Below are positions 1 to 7,584 of a stretch of 32,000 bases of DNA, piece after piece. Source of the stretch: Thermodesulfobacteriota bacterium. GTDB lineage: Bacteria > Desulfobacterota > WTBG01 > CAIYCZ01 > CAIRTM01. Position 1 is the first letter of the stretch, and each line of letters begins with the position of its first letter. The position numbers and the translations under genes were made by a program. A model generated the notes under the pieces. It was not told the origin of the DNA. It was given only the letters and a program-made list of their open reading frames with translations, and searched no databases. The stretch is taken from the NCBI GenBank assembly GCA_028282925.1, contig JANQGV010000310.1, positions 3,302 to 35,301 of the forward strand, written 5' to 3'.

Positions 1-1
1 G

Positions 2-1720
2 GTGTGTGGGTGTATTATAGGGCTATGCTTTTTGCTCATGGCGATATTTCCAAATACCGGCACGTGTATGGCGCCGCCAGGTCCCGGTGAAATAAAACAA
101 TACCGTAAAAACGGCAGCCTGAAAGAGCGCATGCAGTTTGCCGAGATGCTTGGCAACAACCGGATCAATCCAGCGTTGCTGAACACTCAGTCGGGGTTTC
201 ATAACCGTGGAGTTTCGACCGAGGCTTTGCCGTATGGTTCCGGCCTGCCTGCATCGGGGTCTCCCAAAATTTTTACCCTTCTGATTGAGTTTCCCCTCCT
301 GCCCCATACCCAGGAACAGTCCCTGATTGAAGACAAACTTTTCGGCGAAGGGGATGAAGATGAATATCCCTATGAGAGTCTTGCAAAGTATTACTACCGG
401 TCGTCCTATGGGGCCCTGGATATTCAGGGCACGGCTCTTCCATGGTACCGGGCACGTCTCCCCCGGATCATGTATTCCGACCCGCTTGCGATCGGCGTCA
501 GGCAACTGATTAAGGAAGCGCTGCGATATCATGACCGGTCACATGATTTTTCCCAGTATGATAATAACGGCGACGGTGTTATCGACTATTTTGCGGTCAT
601 CTGGACCGGGCCGGACTGGGGCTGGGGCTCAATCTGGTGGGGATGGTGCAACATGGACGGCAGCATGTTCCGCAATGATCCCTTTACGGTAGACGGAAAG
701 CGCCTCGGTGTTTTCTCCTGGCAATGGGAGACAAACGAAGAAAAGGAAGATACCGATGAGTTTAATCCCCGGACCATCATCCATGAGACCGGCCATGCCC
801 TGGGACTGCCGGACTATTATGATTACGAAAAAGATGAAGGGCCGGAAGGGGGCGTGGGCTCCTATGATATGATGGGTGCCGGCAGTAGCTTTGATCACAA
901 TGCTTTCAGTAAATGGCTGCTGGACTGGATTTCGCCGGAGGTGTATTCGGGATTGCCGGAGACAAAAGCATTCAGGCCCGCAGCACAACAGCCGGACTGC
1001 CTTATGCTTGCTCCCACGGCAGATACGGCGGATATTTTTTCCGAATATTTTCTGGTGCAGAACCGTTCACCGGTTGCAAACGACAGCACTGTGCCGACTT
1101 CCGGCCTTATGATCTGGCATGTCAATGCCACGCTTAATGCCGATGGCACGGATTTTATGTATGACAATTCATACACAGGGTATAAGCTGCTGCGGATGGT
1201 GCAAGCAGACGGTCTGGGTGAAATTGAAAGCGGGCTCCGGTGGGCCGGGCCCGAGGATTTTTTTGCCCCCTTTGACGGAAGGAGTTTCGCCCCCTATGCC
1301 GCTGCAACATCGGATACCTACGACGGAGAGCCGACCGGCTTTATTGTACGCAATATCACAGCAGCCGATAAAGAAGATCAGGAATCTCTGGCCTGGGGTA
1401 CTGTGCTGGCGGACATAGACATGGGCGACAACAGCTCTATTGTTACAGCAGAGCCGGTTGTTGACAGCCTGATTCCAAGCCAACAGACAGGGGCCGCGCC
1501 GCTGGACATTTCGTTTACCTGCCGAGCCCGGGTGCGTGAGGGGTTGATAGCCGGATATATATGGGATTTCGACGGAGACGGCAATGAGGACGACTATACA
1601 TTCGTTCAGCAGGTTACACACACCTATAACCAGACCGGAAGCTATACGGCCCGGGTTACGGTAGTGGACAGTGACGGAGCCGTCTCAGAGCCGGCAGACG
1701 TAACTATCACCGTAGAGTAA
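2..1720 (+). CDS. Secreted M6-family (immune inhibitor A-like) zinc metalloprotease with C-terminal PKD domain; the 5' end may lie at or beyond the window edge
   Basis: 572-aa ORF. HExxH zinc site in IIHETGHALGLPDYYD, typical of M6 peptidases. Hydrophobic signal-like N-terminus. C-terminal WDFDGDG...HTYNQTGSYTARVTVVDSDG matches a PKD repeat. Confidence 0.85.
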   Translation: MCGCIIGLCFLLMAIFPNTGTCMAPPGPGEIKQYRKNGSLKERMQFAEMLGNNRINPALLNTQSGFHNRGVSTEALPYGSGLPASGSPKIFTLLIEFPLLPHTQEQSLIEDKLFGEGDEDEYPYESLAKYYYRSSYGALDIQGTALPWYRARLPRIMYSDPLAIGVRQLIKEALRYHDRSHDFSQYDNNGDGVIDYFAVIWTGPDWGWGSIWWGWCNMDGSMFRNDPFTVDGKRLGVFSWQWETNEEKEDTDEFNPRTIIHETGHALGLPDYYDYEKDEGPEGGVGSYDMMGAGSSFDHNAFSKWLLDWISPEVYSGLPETKAFRPAAQQPDCLMLAPTADTADIFSEYFLVQNRSPVANDSTVPTSGLMIWHVNATLNADGTDFMYDNSYTGYKLLRMVQADGLGEIESGLRWAGPEDFFAPFDGRSFAPYAAATSDTYDGEPTGFIVRNITAADKEDQESLAWGTVLADIDMGDNSSIVTAEPVVDSLIPSQQTGAAPLDISFTCRARVREGLIAGYIWDFDGDGNEDDYTFVQQVTHTYNQTGSYTARVTVVDSDGAVSEPADVTITVE

Positions 1721-1738
1721 CATTTCGCGGGGCTTGCC

Positions 1739-2170
1739 GTGATCGATATTCGTACCGTAGCCTTCGGCAGTGAAGAATATAACGCAACGGTCACCTTCCG
1801 GGACGACCTGCTTCGCAGGCCCCTGGGGCTGCGCATGAGCGAGCATGATCTTGCCGGTGAGGATCGGCAGTTGCATGTGGCTGCCATGGAAGGCAGCCGG
1901 GTGGTTGGCTGCATCGTGCTGAAGCCGATCAGTGATGATAGTATAAAACTGAGGCAGATGGCAGTGCATCCGGATCTGCGGGCACATGGGCTGGGGAGCC
2001 GTATCCTCCGGGAGGCGGAAGCCCTGGCCCTTGAAAAGGGGTACCGCGCGGTTGAAATCCACAGCCGTACAGTCGCCGTTGATTTTTATCTGAGAAACGG
2101 GTACGCGGTTGTGGGAGAAGAATTCGAAGAAGTAACCATTCCACACGTAAAAATGACCAAGAAGCTTTAA
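1739..2170 (+). CDS. GNAT-family N-acetyltransferase
   Basis: 143-aa ORF with a GTG start. Acetyl-CoA binding core LRQMAVHPDLRAHGLGSRIL followed by FYLRNGY, typical GNAT motifs A/B. Lies 18 nt after the protease stop. Confidence 0.85.
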   Translation: MIDIRTVAFGSEEYNATVTFRDDLLRRPLGLRMSEHDLAGEDRQLHVAAMEGSRVVGCIVLKPISDDSIKLRQMAVHPDLRAHGLGSRILREAEALALEKGYRAVEIHSRTVAVDFYLRNGYAVVGEEFEEVTIPHVKMTKKL

Positions 2171-2191
2171 TGCTGCTCCAGGGAGGAACCG

Positions 2192-3274
2192 GTGAAACGC
2201 TTTCTTTTTTTGTTGTGCGGCTTACTGTCTGCCGCGGCCTGCCAATGCCTTCAGACACCTGAGATTGTCCGGGTGTCGGCAACGGTGGAAACCGATCCGG
2301 TGCCCCACAGCGGTGATGCGGCCGATGATCCGGCACTGTGGATCCATCCGGAAGATCCGTCCCTGAGCGTTGTGATCGGCACGGACAAGCAGGGAGGATT
2401 GGCTGTATACGGCCTTGATGGTATGCAAAAATCGTATTCCTCCGATGCAAAAATGAATAATGTCGATGTGCGTTACGGCCTTTCACTTGCAGGAGAGGCG
2501 GTAGATGTGATTGCAGCCAGCAATCGGACCGCAAATGCTATTGCCCTGTACACCATCGATGCCGAAACCTACCTGCTTGAGAATATCGCGGCCCGTGCCA
2601 TTTTTGTCGATGTTGAGGAAATTTACGGCCTGTGCATGTACCGCAGTGCGGTTTCAGGGGAGATGTATGTTTTTGTCAGTGGAAAAGACGACGGTATTGA
2701 ACAGTGGCGACTCTTTGACGACGGCAAAGGACGTGTGGATGCTGAACAGGTTCGTGCCTTTGAAGTCGGTTCCGAGGTTGAAGGCTGTGTTGCCGATGAT
2801 GAAACCGGATACCTTTTTCTGGGGGAAGAAAAAACCGGGATCTGGAAGTACGGGGCCGAGCCCGATGACGGCACCGAGCGGGTGCGGGTAGACAGGGCCA
2901 CCCTGTGCGGTGAACTCAGGGCCGATGTGGAGGGGCTTGCGCTCTACTATGGCCGTGACGGTGCCGGATACCTGATAGCCTCGAGCCAGGGTAATGATAC
3001 ATTCGTGCTTTATGACCGTGAGCCTCCCCATAGCCGTATCGGTGTTTTTGCACTTGTCGATAATGATTCCGGCAGTATCGACGGCGCATACCATACCGAC
3101 GGCATCGAGGTTGTCAGCTGTTCTCTTGGTGAAGGGTTTTCCCGTGGGGTTTTCATCGCCCATGACGGCCGCAATGAAATGCCCGATGCCCATCAGAATT
3201 ATAAACTGGTGCCCTGGGAGCGGATTGCCGAAGGGTTCGGTTTGTTGTCTGAAGAGGAAAATCGTCTGCAGTAG
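2192..3274 (+). CDS. Beta-propeller (3-)phytase, lipoprotein
   Basis: 360 aa, collinear with my recollection of Bacillus PhyC-type BPP (GDAADDPALW, NNVDVRY, VIAASNR, EGCVADDETGYLF, IWKYGAEPD, SSQGNDTF, YKLVPWERIA). Lipobox LLSAAAC. GGGAGGAA Shine-Dalgarno before the GTG start. Confidence 0.93.
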   Translation: MKRFLFLLCGLLSAAACQCLQTPEIVRVSATVETDPVPHSGDAADDPALWIHPEDPSLSVVIGTDKQGGLAVYGLDGMQKSYSSDAKMNNVDVRYGLSLAGEAVDVIAASNRTANAIALYTIDAETYLLENIAARAIFVDVEEIYGLCMYRSAVSGEMYVFVSGKDDGIEQWRLFDDGKGRVDAEQVRAFEVGSEVEGCVADDETGYLFLGEEKTGIWKYGAEPDDGTERVRVDRATLCGELRADVEGLALYYGRDGAGYLIASSQGNDTFVLYDREPPHSRIGVFALVDNDSGSIDGAYHTDGIEVVSCSLGEGFSRGVFIAHDGRNEMPDAHQNYKLVPWERIAEGFGLLSEEENRLQ

Positions 3275-3361
3275 ATAACTATTTGATCTTTTAGAACGTT
3301 TCTGTTATTGAGGAAGCATACATTGTTTGTGCTGCAAGAGTCGTGATCCTAGGGGGAGAGG

Positions 3362-3637
3362 ATGACGGTAACACGGACGATTGATGTGTGTTCAGGGCGT
3401 ATAACACTTGCCATTTCCGGTGAGCTTTCTCTGGTAATCATTACCATTGCTGTAACGGAAATGCCGGCGGCCCCCGCTTTTCGCCCGGGTGACGATATTT
3501 TTTGGGGCCTCAGAAACGTTCACATTCCTTCTTTCTCCCCGGAAGAATTTTTCAAGCGTAGCGGATTTATCAAACACTATCAGAAAGAACGAGATACCGG
3601 CTACCGGGTTGCAGCAGTTGTGTCCCAGGAGGGTTGA
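3362..3637 (+). CDS. Hypothetical small protein (doubtful)
   Basis: 91-aa ORF preceded by AGGGGGAGAGG directly upstream of the ATG. Hydrophobic central stretch. No recognisable family; the region may instead be a non-coding leader. Confidence 0.25.
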   Translation: MTVTRTIDVCSGRITLAISGELSLVIITIAVTEMPAAPAFRPGDDIFWGLRNVHIPSFSPEEFFKRSGFIKHYQKERDTGYRVAAVVSQEG

Positions 3638-3849
3638 GGTGTATGCCGAAAAATTGTCTTTTCAGACTATGGTTTTTCTTTGACTTGGACGAAGCCGGGC
3701 AATGGCTTGAAAAAAACCTTAAAAGTAGATATTTGCTAATGATTTGGCAGAATATATCCGATCAATTAAGAGTTGAAACTGCTTGAACTGTCTTGGAGGG
3801 GGACGTTGCGTACATGAACTTTGTGAAATCCTATTCATAAGAGGACATT

Positions 3850-5964
3850 ATGAAAAGACAGCACAGCAGACGTATTTGCAATATCGTATGTTTGGTCGGT
3901 ATGTATATAAGTATTTTTACCCACTCTTATGCGGCTGAGCATATCGACTCCGAAGGACATCCTCTTGATTTTACCACGTTCAGCTTAGAGGAGTTGATGA
4001 ATTATGAGATTACGTCTGCCTCGAAAAAACAAGAAAAAGCCTTTGCCACCCCGGCGGCTGTATATGTTATCAGCCAGGAAGATATCAAGCGAAGCGGTGT
4101 GACCAGTATTCCCGATATCCTGCGCACGGTACCGGGCCTGAACGTGGCTCAAATCAATGCAAACCAGTGGGCAATTACTTCACGCGGGTTCAATGATCGT
4201 TTTTCAAACAAACTGCTGGTTCTTATGGACGGCCGTACCGTCTATACTCCGATATATTCGGGTGTCTACTGGCACATCAGGGATACCCTGCTGGAGGACA
4301 TTGAGCGGATAGAGGTCATCCGGGGTCCCGGGGCGGCCCTGTGGGGCGCCAATGCGGTTAACGGCATTATCAACATAATTACCAAAAAGGCCAAAGACAC
4401 CCAGGGAGGGCTGGCGATGGCCGGAGGCGGCAACCATGAACGCGGCCAGGGCGCTTTGCGTTACGGCGGCAAAATCGGTGATTCGGCCCATTATCGTACT
4501 TATGTAAAATACACAAAGCGCAGCAACTATGATTTGCGTTCCCACCGCGATGCCCATGACGACTGGGAAGCAATACGAAGCGGATTCAGGCTGGACTGGG
4601 ATGCAACCGGAACGGATGCAATAACCCTGCAGGGAGACCTCTATGACAGCAATGGAGGTACCCGTGAAAAAGTAGTTTTCCCCTATGAGCCGTATGCAGA
4701 GAACAGACACGTCGATACCGACGACACCGGATGGAATATCCTGGGACGCTGGGACCATACGTTCTCACAAAGCTCCGATATGTCCCTGCAAATATATTAC
4801 GATTATTCGCGGTCGGTCAGCGACTATCTGGAGCACTTTAAGCATGCGGTCAGGACCTTTGATGTTGATTTCCAGCACCGATTCGGGCTCGGCGCTCGGC
4901 ATGAAATAATTTGGGGCCTTGGTTTCCGGCACATTTCAACCGACGTCAGCAATACCTCCAATATTATTTTTGATCCCGAGGATAGGGACACCCGGCTTTA
5001 CAGCGGCTTCGTACGCGATGAGATACAGCTTAGCGGCGAGAGCCTGAAGCTGGAACTGGGTGCAAAGTTTGAGTACAACACTTTTACCCATTTTGAGGTG
5101 CAGCCGAACGCGCGGCTGATGTGGATGCCGGGCGAACGGAAAGCGTTTTGGATTTCGGTATCGCGGGCGGTCAGCACGCCCAGCCTGGTGCAAAACGATA
5201 TGGAGGCGTTTTACACAGCGCACCTTCCTCCGGGGGCGCTGTATTCCGGTTCGCCGCATGTGCTGGCTTCAATCAGGGGCAGCGGACGTTTTGATTCAGA
5301 GGAGTTGTTTGCCTATGAAATCGGCTGCCGCTTCAAGCCGACGGACAACCTGTATATCGATATTGCCGCCTTTTACAATGATTATGACCGGCTCCTGACC
5401 TACGAGTCGAATGCTCCCTTTTATCACCTTTCGTTTAATCCGCGTTCCCTTTTCCTGGTTAATCCCTACGAAACAGACAATAAGCTCAGGGGTGAAACCT
5501 ACGGCATTGAGGTGGCCGCCTCATGGCAGCCCCTGCAGTGGTGGCAGTTGCGGTTTTCCTACACCTATCTCCAGATACAGTTGCATGATATAGACAGCAC
5601 CTTCGTCCTGGCGGAAGAACATGAAGGCCTTGCCCCCCATAACCAGGTAACGCTGCAGTCTACCATGGAGCTGCCGTGGAACCTGCAGTTGAATACCTTT
5701 TTCCGCTACGTCGACCGTTTGCCGGGCAGGAAAGTCGACATGTTCGGCGATAAGGCCAACGAGCTTATTTCCAAAAAAGCGGTGGACAGCTACCTGGAAA
5801 TGGATGTCTGCCTGCGATGGCAGCCCGTCGAAACCCTGGAGTTTTATCTTGTGGGACGCAACCTGCTGGACAGCGCCCATTCTGAATTCAGGGCCGAGGC
5901 GTTCGGCGTGCCGGAGACTGAGGTTGAACGCAGTATTTATGGAAAAGTTGTCTGGCATTTTTGA
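3850..5964 (+). CDS. TonB-dependent outer-membrane receptor
   Basis: 704 aa. Signal peptide, then plug domain (VYVISQEDIKRSGVTSIPDILRTVPGLNV ... IEVIRGPGAALWGANAVNGIINIITKKA), a long beta-barrel region and a C-terminal aromatic residue (VVWHF). AAGAGGA Shine-Dalgarno. Confidence 0.92.
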   Translation: MKRQHSRRICNIVCLVGMYISIFTHSYAAEHIDSEGHPLDFTTFSLEELMNYEITSASKKQEKAFATPAAVYVISQEDIKRSGVTSIPDILRTVPGLNVAQINANQWAITSRGFNDRFSNKLLVLMDGRTVYTPIYSGVYWHIRDTLLEDIERIEVIRGPGAALWGANAVNGIINIITKKAKDTQGGLAMAGGGNHERGQGALRYGGKIGDSAHYRTYVKYTKRSNYDLRSHRDAHDDWEAIRSGFRLDWDATGTDAITLQGDLYDSNGGTREKVVFPYEPYAENRHVDTDDTGWNILGRWDHTFSQSSDMSLQIYYDYSRSVSDYLEHFKHAVRTFDVDFQHRFGLGARHEIIWGLGFRHISTDVSNTSNIIFDPEDRDTRLYSGFVRDEIQLSGESLKLELGAKFEYNTFTHFEVQPNARLMWMPGERKAFWISVSRAVSTPSLVQNDMEAFYTAHLPPGALYSGSPHVLASIRGSGRFDSEELFAYEIGCRFKPTDNLYIDIAAFYNDYDRLLTYESNAPFYHLSFNPRSLFLVNPYETDNKLRGETYGIEVAASWQPLQWWQLRFSYTYLQIQLHDIDSTFVLAEEHEGLAPHNQVTLQSTMELPWNLQLNTFFRYVDRLPGRKVDMFGDKANELISKKAVDSYLEMDVCLRWQPVETLEFYLVGRNLLDSAHSEFRAEAFGVPETEVERSIYGKVVWHF

Positions 5965-6062
5965 TCTCCCTCATGAGCAGAAAACATCGCACGTAGTTTC
6001 TTCCAGACTATTGAGAGCCTTCCAGGCATCCATCCGTACTTTTATACATGAAATAAAAAACA

Positions 6063-6092
6063 TTGACAGATGGCAGTGGATTGAATTATACA
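6063..6092 (+). promoter_or_regulatory. Candidate sigma70-type promoter in the AT-rich spacer upstream of the Tat-protein gene
   Basis: TTGACA at 6063-6068 followed 16-18 nt later by ATTATA/TATACA (6085-6092). Sequence pattern only. Confidence 0.25.
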
Positions 6093-6370
6093 TGAAAATA
6101 GTTAGAAAATCAAACAATTCAAAAAATAAAAGATGATAAAATATAAGTTTTAGATCATCTTGAAAACAATTAATCTGAAATCTGAGGTGCCCTCCGTTCT
6201 TCCGGCGTAAATGAAGCAGGTGTTACCATAAGCAATCCGGTTGCACCATACCGGTATGATCGATCATGTGCTGCCTGTGCTTTTTGTGGGCAGGACGGTC
6301 TTTTTATTCCGGTTTTCAATATAGTATGCCGTTACTCAATCACTATAAATCCTTTAATGGGGGGATCAGT

Positions 6371-7504
6371 ATGAAATTACAGACATTTTTGAAACAAGGA
6401 CTGAAAAGACGTTCATTTTTAAAAATCGCCGGTCTGTCATCACTGGGTATGGGCATCGGGCCGATGCTGGCCATCAGGGGGCGAACGGCGGAAGCGGCGT
6501 TCGGCGAGACAACGGCCGACTGGCGGACCGACGCCGAAGGCAACAAATACTTTGTGCCGAAGAGCATTATCACGGACCAGGTGAATACCTCGGGTATGGT
6601 TACTGCAAAGGTCGACGGCTGGTGGCGACGATATCAGGTCCGCGACTTTGATGACAACTTCCATGACTGGTGGATTGCCGAAAAACTGTGGTACTATGAT
6701 CAACTCATCGCCTTTTTTGATGGGGAAACAGATACGCTGGAAATACCCAATGGAGGGCATCATCATCCCATGCTGTCCACCTATGGCCGCACATTCGGCA
6801 GGCGTGGTGACAGCGATTTTCATTTAAATACAGCGGTGAAGGGGTTTACCATTGTACCCAAAGAAGACAAAATCGATTATGTCAACAGCGAAGTAGACAA
6901 AGTATATGAAACCGGCAATCTTCCCGTAGACATCTTCAAACTGCGGCAACAGCTGTACCAGCAGAAAGACCTCTGGTATAAAGACCGGTTTGCCACCCTT
7001 GAGCTTTATTCCGGGCGGCCCATCAGCGAGAGCGACCCCCAGGGCAATTTCGGTTTTCAAGAGACAAAAACCTTCCAGAATGCCTACACAAATCCGATGG
7101 GTACGGTTTCCTACATGTCGTTGTATAATTCCGATGGAACCCAGACCTATTTTGACGGCGAAAAGGACTTGACGCCCGCATTCTGTTTTAAGGGGTTTTG
7201 CTGGATGATTTCCTATTATAATCCGTCCAATTCCGACTATGAACAGAAGATGGCCGACTATATCAACCAGGCTCACAGCCGATATCACGGCGGGGCCGAC
7301 GACCTTATTACCAATATATTTTTGATCTGTGAACAGTTTAATGAAACACCGACCTATGACCCGGGACGCGGTAAGCGCGCAGTGCCCACGTATGACTATG
7401 CCGATCGAACGGCATCTGCTGCCGGTCCTGTAATAAAAGTCGGCCGGAAGCTGTCTCTTGCGGAAAAAAAAGGGTTGATAAAAAGGTTGCGAATTCCGGT
7501 ATAG
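6371..7504 (+). CDS. Tat-exported protein of unknown function
   Basis: I moved the start to ATG 6371 (GGGGAT Shine-Dalgarno-like just upstream) instead of the track start 6266. Near-perfect twin-arginine motif KRRSFLK, then a hydrophobic region and AEAA cleavage-like site. HHH run (GGHHHPM). No family recognised. Confidence 0.75.
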   Translation: MKLQTFLKQGLKRRSFLKIAGLSSLGMGIGPMLAIRGRTAEAAFGETTADWRTDAEGNKYFVPKSIITDQVNTSGMVTAKVDGWWRRYQVRDFDDNFHDWWIAEKLWYYDQLIAFFDGETDTLEIPNGGHHHPMLSTYGRTFGRRGDSDFHLNTAVKGFTIVPKEDKIDYVNSEVDKVYETGNLPVDIFKLRQQLYQQKDLWYKDRFATLELYSGRPISESDPQGNFGFQETKTFQNAYTNPMGTVSYMSLYNSDGTQTYFDGEKDLTPAFCFKGFCWMISYYNPSNSDYEQKMADYINQAHSRYHGGADDLITNIFLICEQFNETPTYDPGRGKRAVPTYDYADRTASAAGPVIKVGRKLSLAEKKGLIKRLRIPV

Positions 7505-7531
7505 CGGTTCGCATTTCATAAAGCGGAAAGT

Positions 7532-7566
7532 AAAAAAGCACCGTATTGTATAACGGTGCTTTTTTT
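7532..7566. terminator. Bidirectional rho-independent terminator between convergent genes
   Basis: A6 run, then stem AGCACCGT (7537-7544), loop ATTGTATA, stem ACGGTGCT (7553-7560), then T6 run. Sits between the stop at 7504 (+) and the stop at 7585 (-). Confidence 0.75.
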
Positions 7567-7584
7567 GCTGAGTGTTTACGGTCG

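Noticed and set aside
3400-3640. Possible cobalamin riboswitch upstream of the TonB receptor (GGAAATGCCGGCGGCCCCCGC resembles the GC-rich core; CCAGGAG near 3625)
   Set aside because: I could not find the AGGGAA / GGTGAAA elements or a convincing B12 box (..AGYCMGGAGACCKGCC). The pieces are about 155 nt apart and over 200 nt from the start codon. Left as an unassigned structured leader; an Infernal scan would settle it.
3734-3750. Fur-box-like TGCTAATGATTTGGCAG upstream of the TonB receptor
   Set aside because: Only the AATGAT core matches the 19-bp Fur consensus, and there is no dyad symmetry.
6266-6370. Upstream ATG start (6266) for the Tat-protein gene
   Set aside because: The added 35 residues (MCCLCFLWAGRSF...) would bury the twin-arginine signal, which needs to be N-terminal. 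ATG 6371 has a G-rich ribosome-binding site.
7461-7470. A8 homopolymer inside the Tat-protein gene (and a similar A8/T8 run at ~12121-12128 in the PAS kinase) as possible phase-variation tracts
   Set aside because: The runs are short, encode Lys-Lys / Phe-Phe in ordinary context, and show no other hallmark of contingency loci.
6824-7519. 231-aa ORF on the - strand
   Set aside because: It is antisense to the Tat-signal protein gene and runs through the terminator hairpin. It has no Shine-Dalgarno and no motifs.
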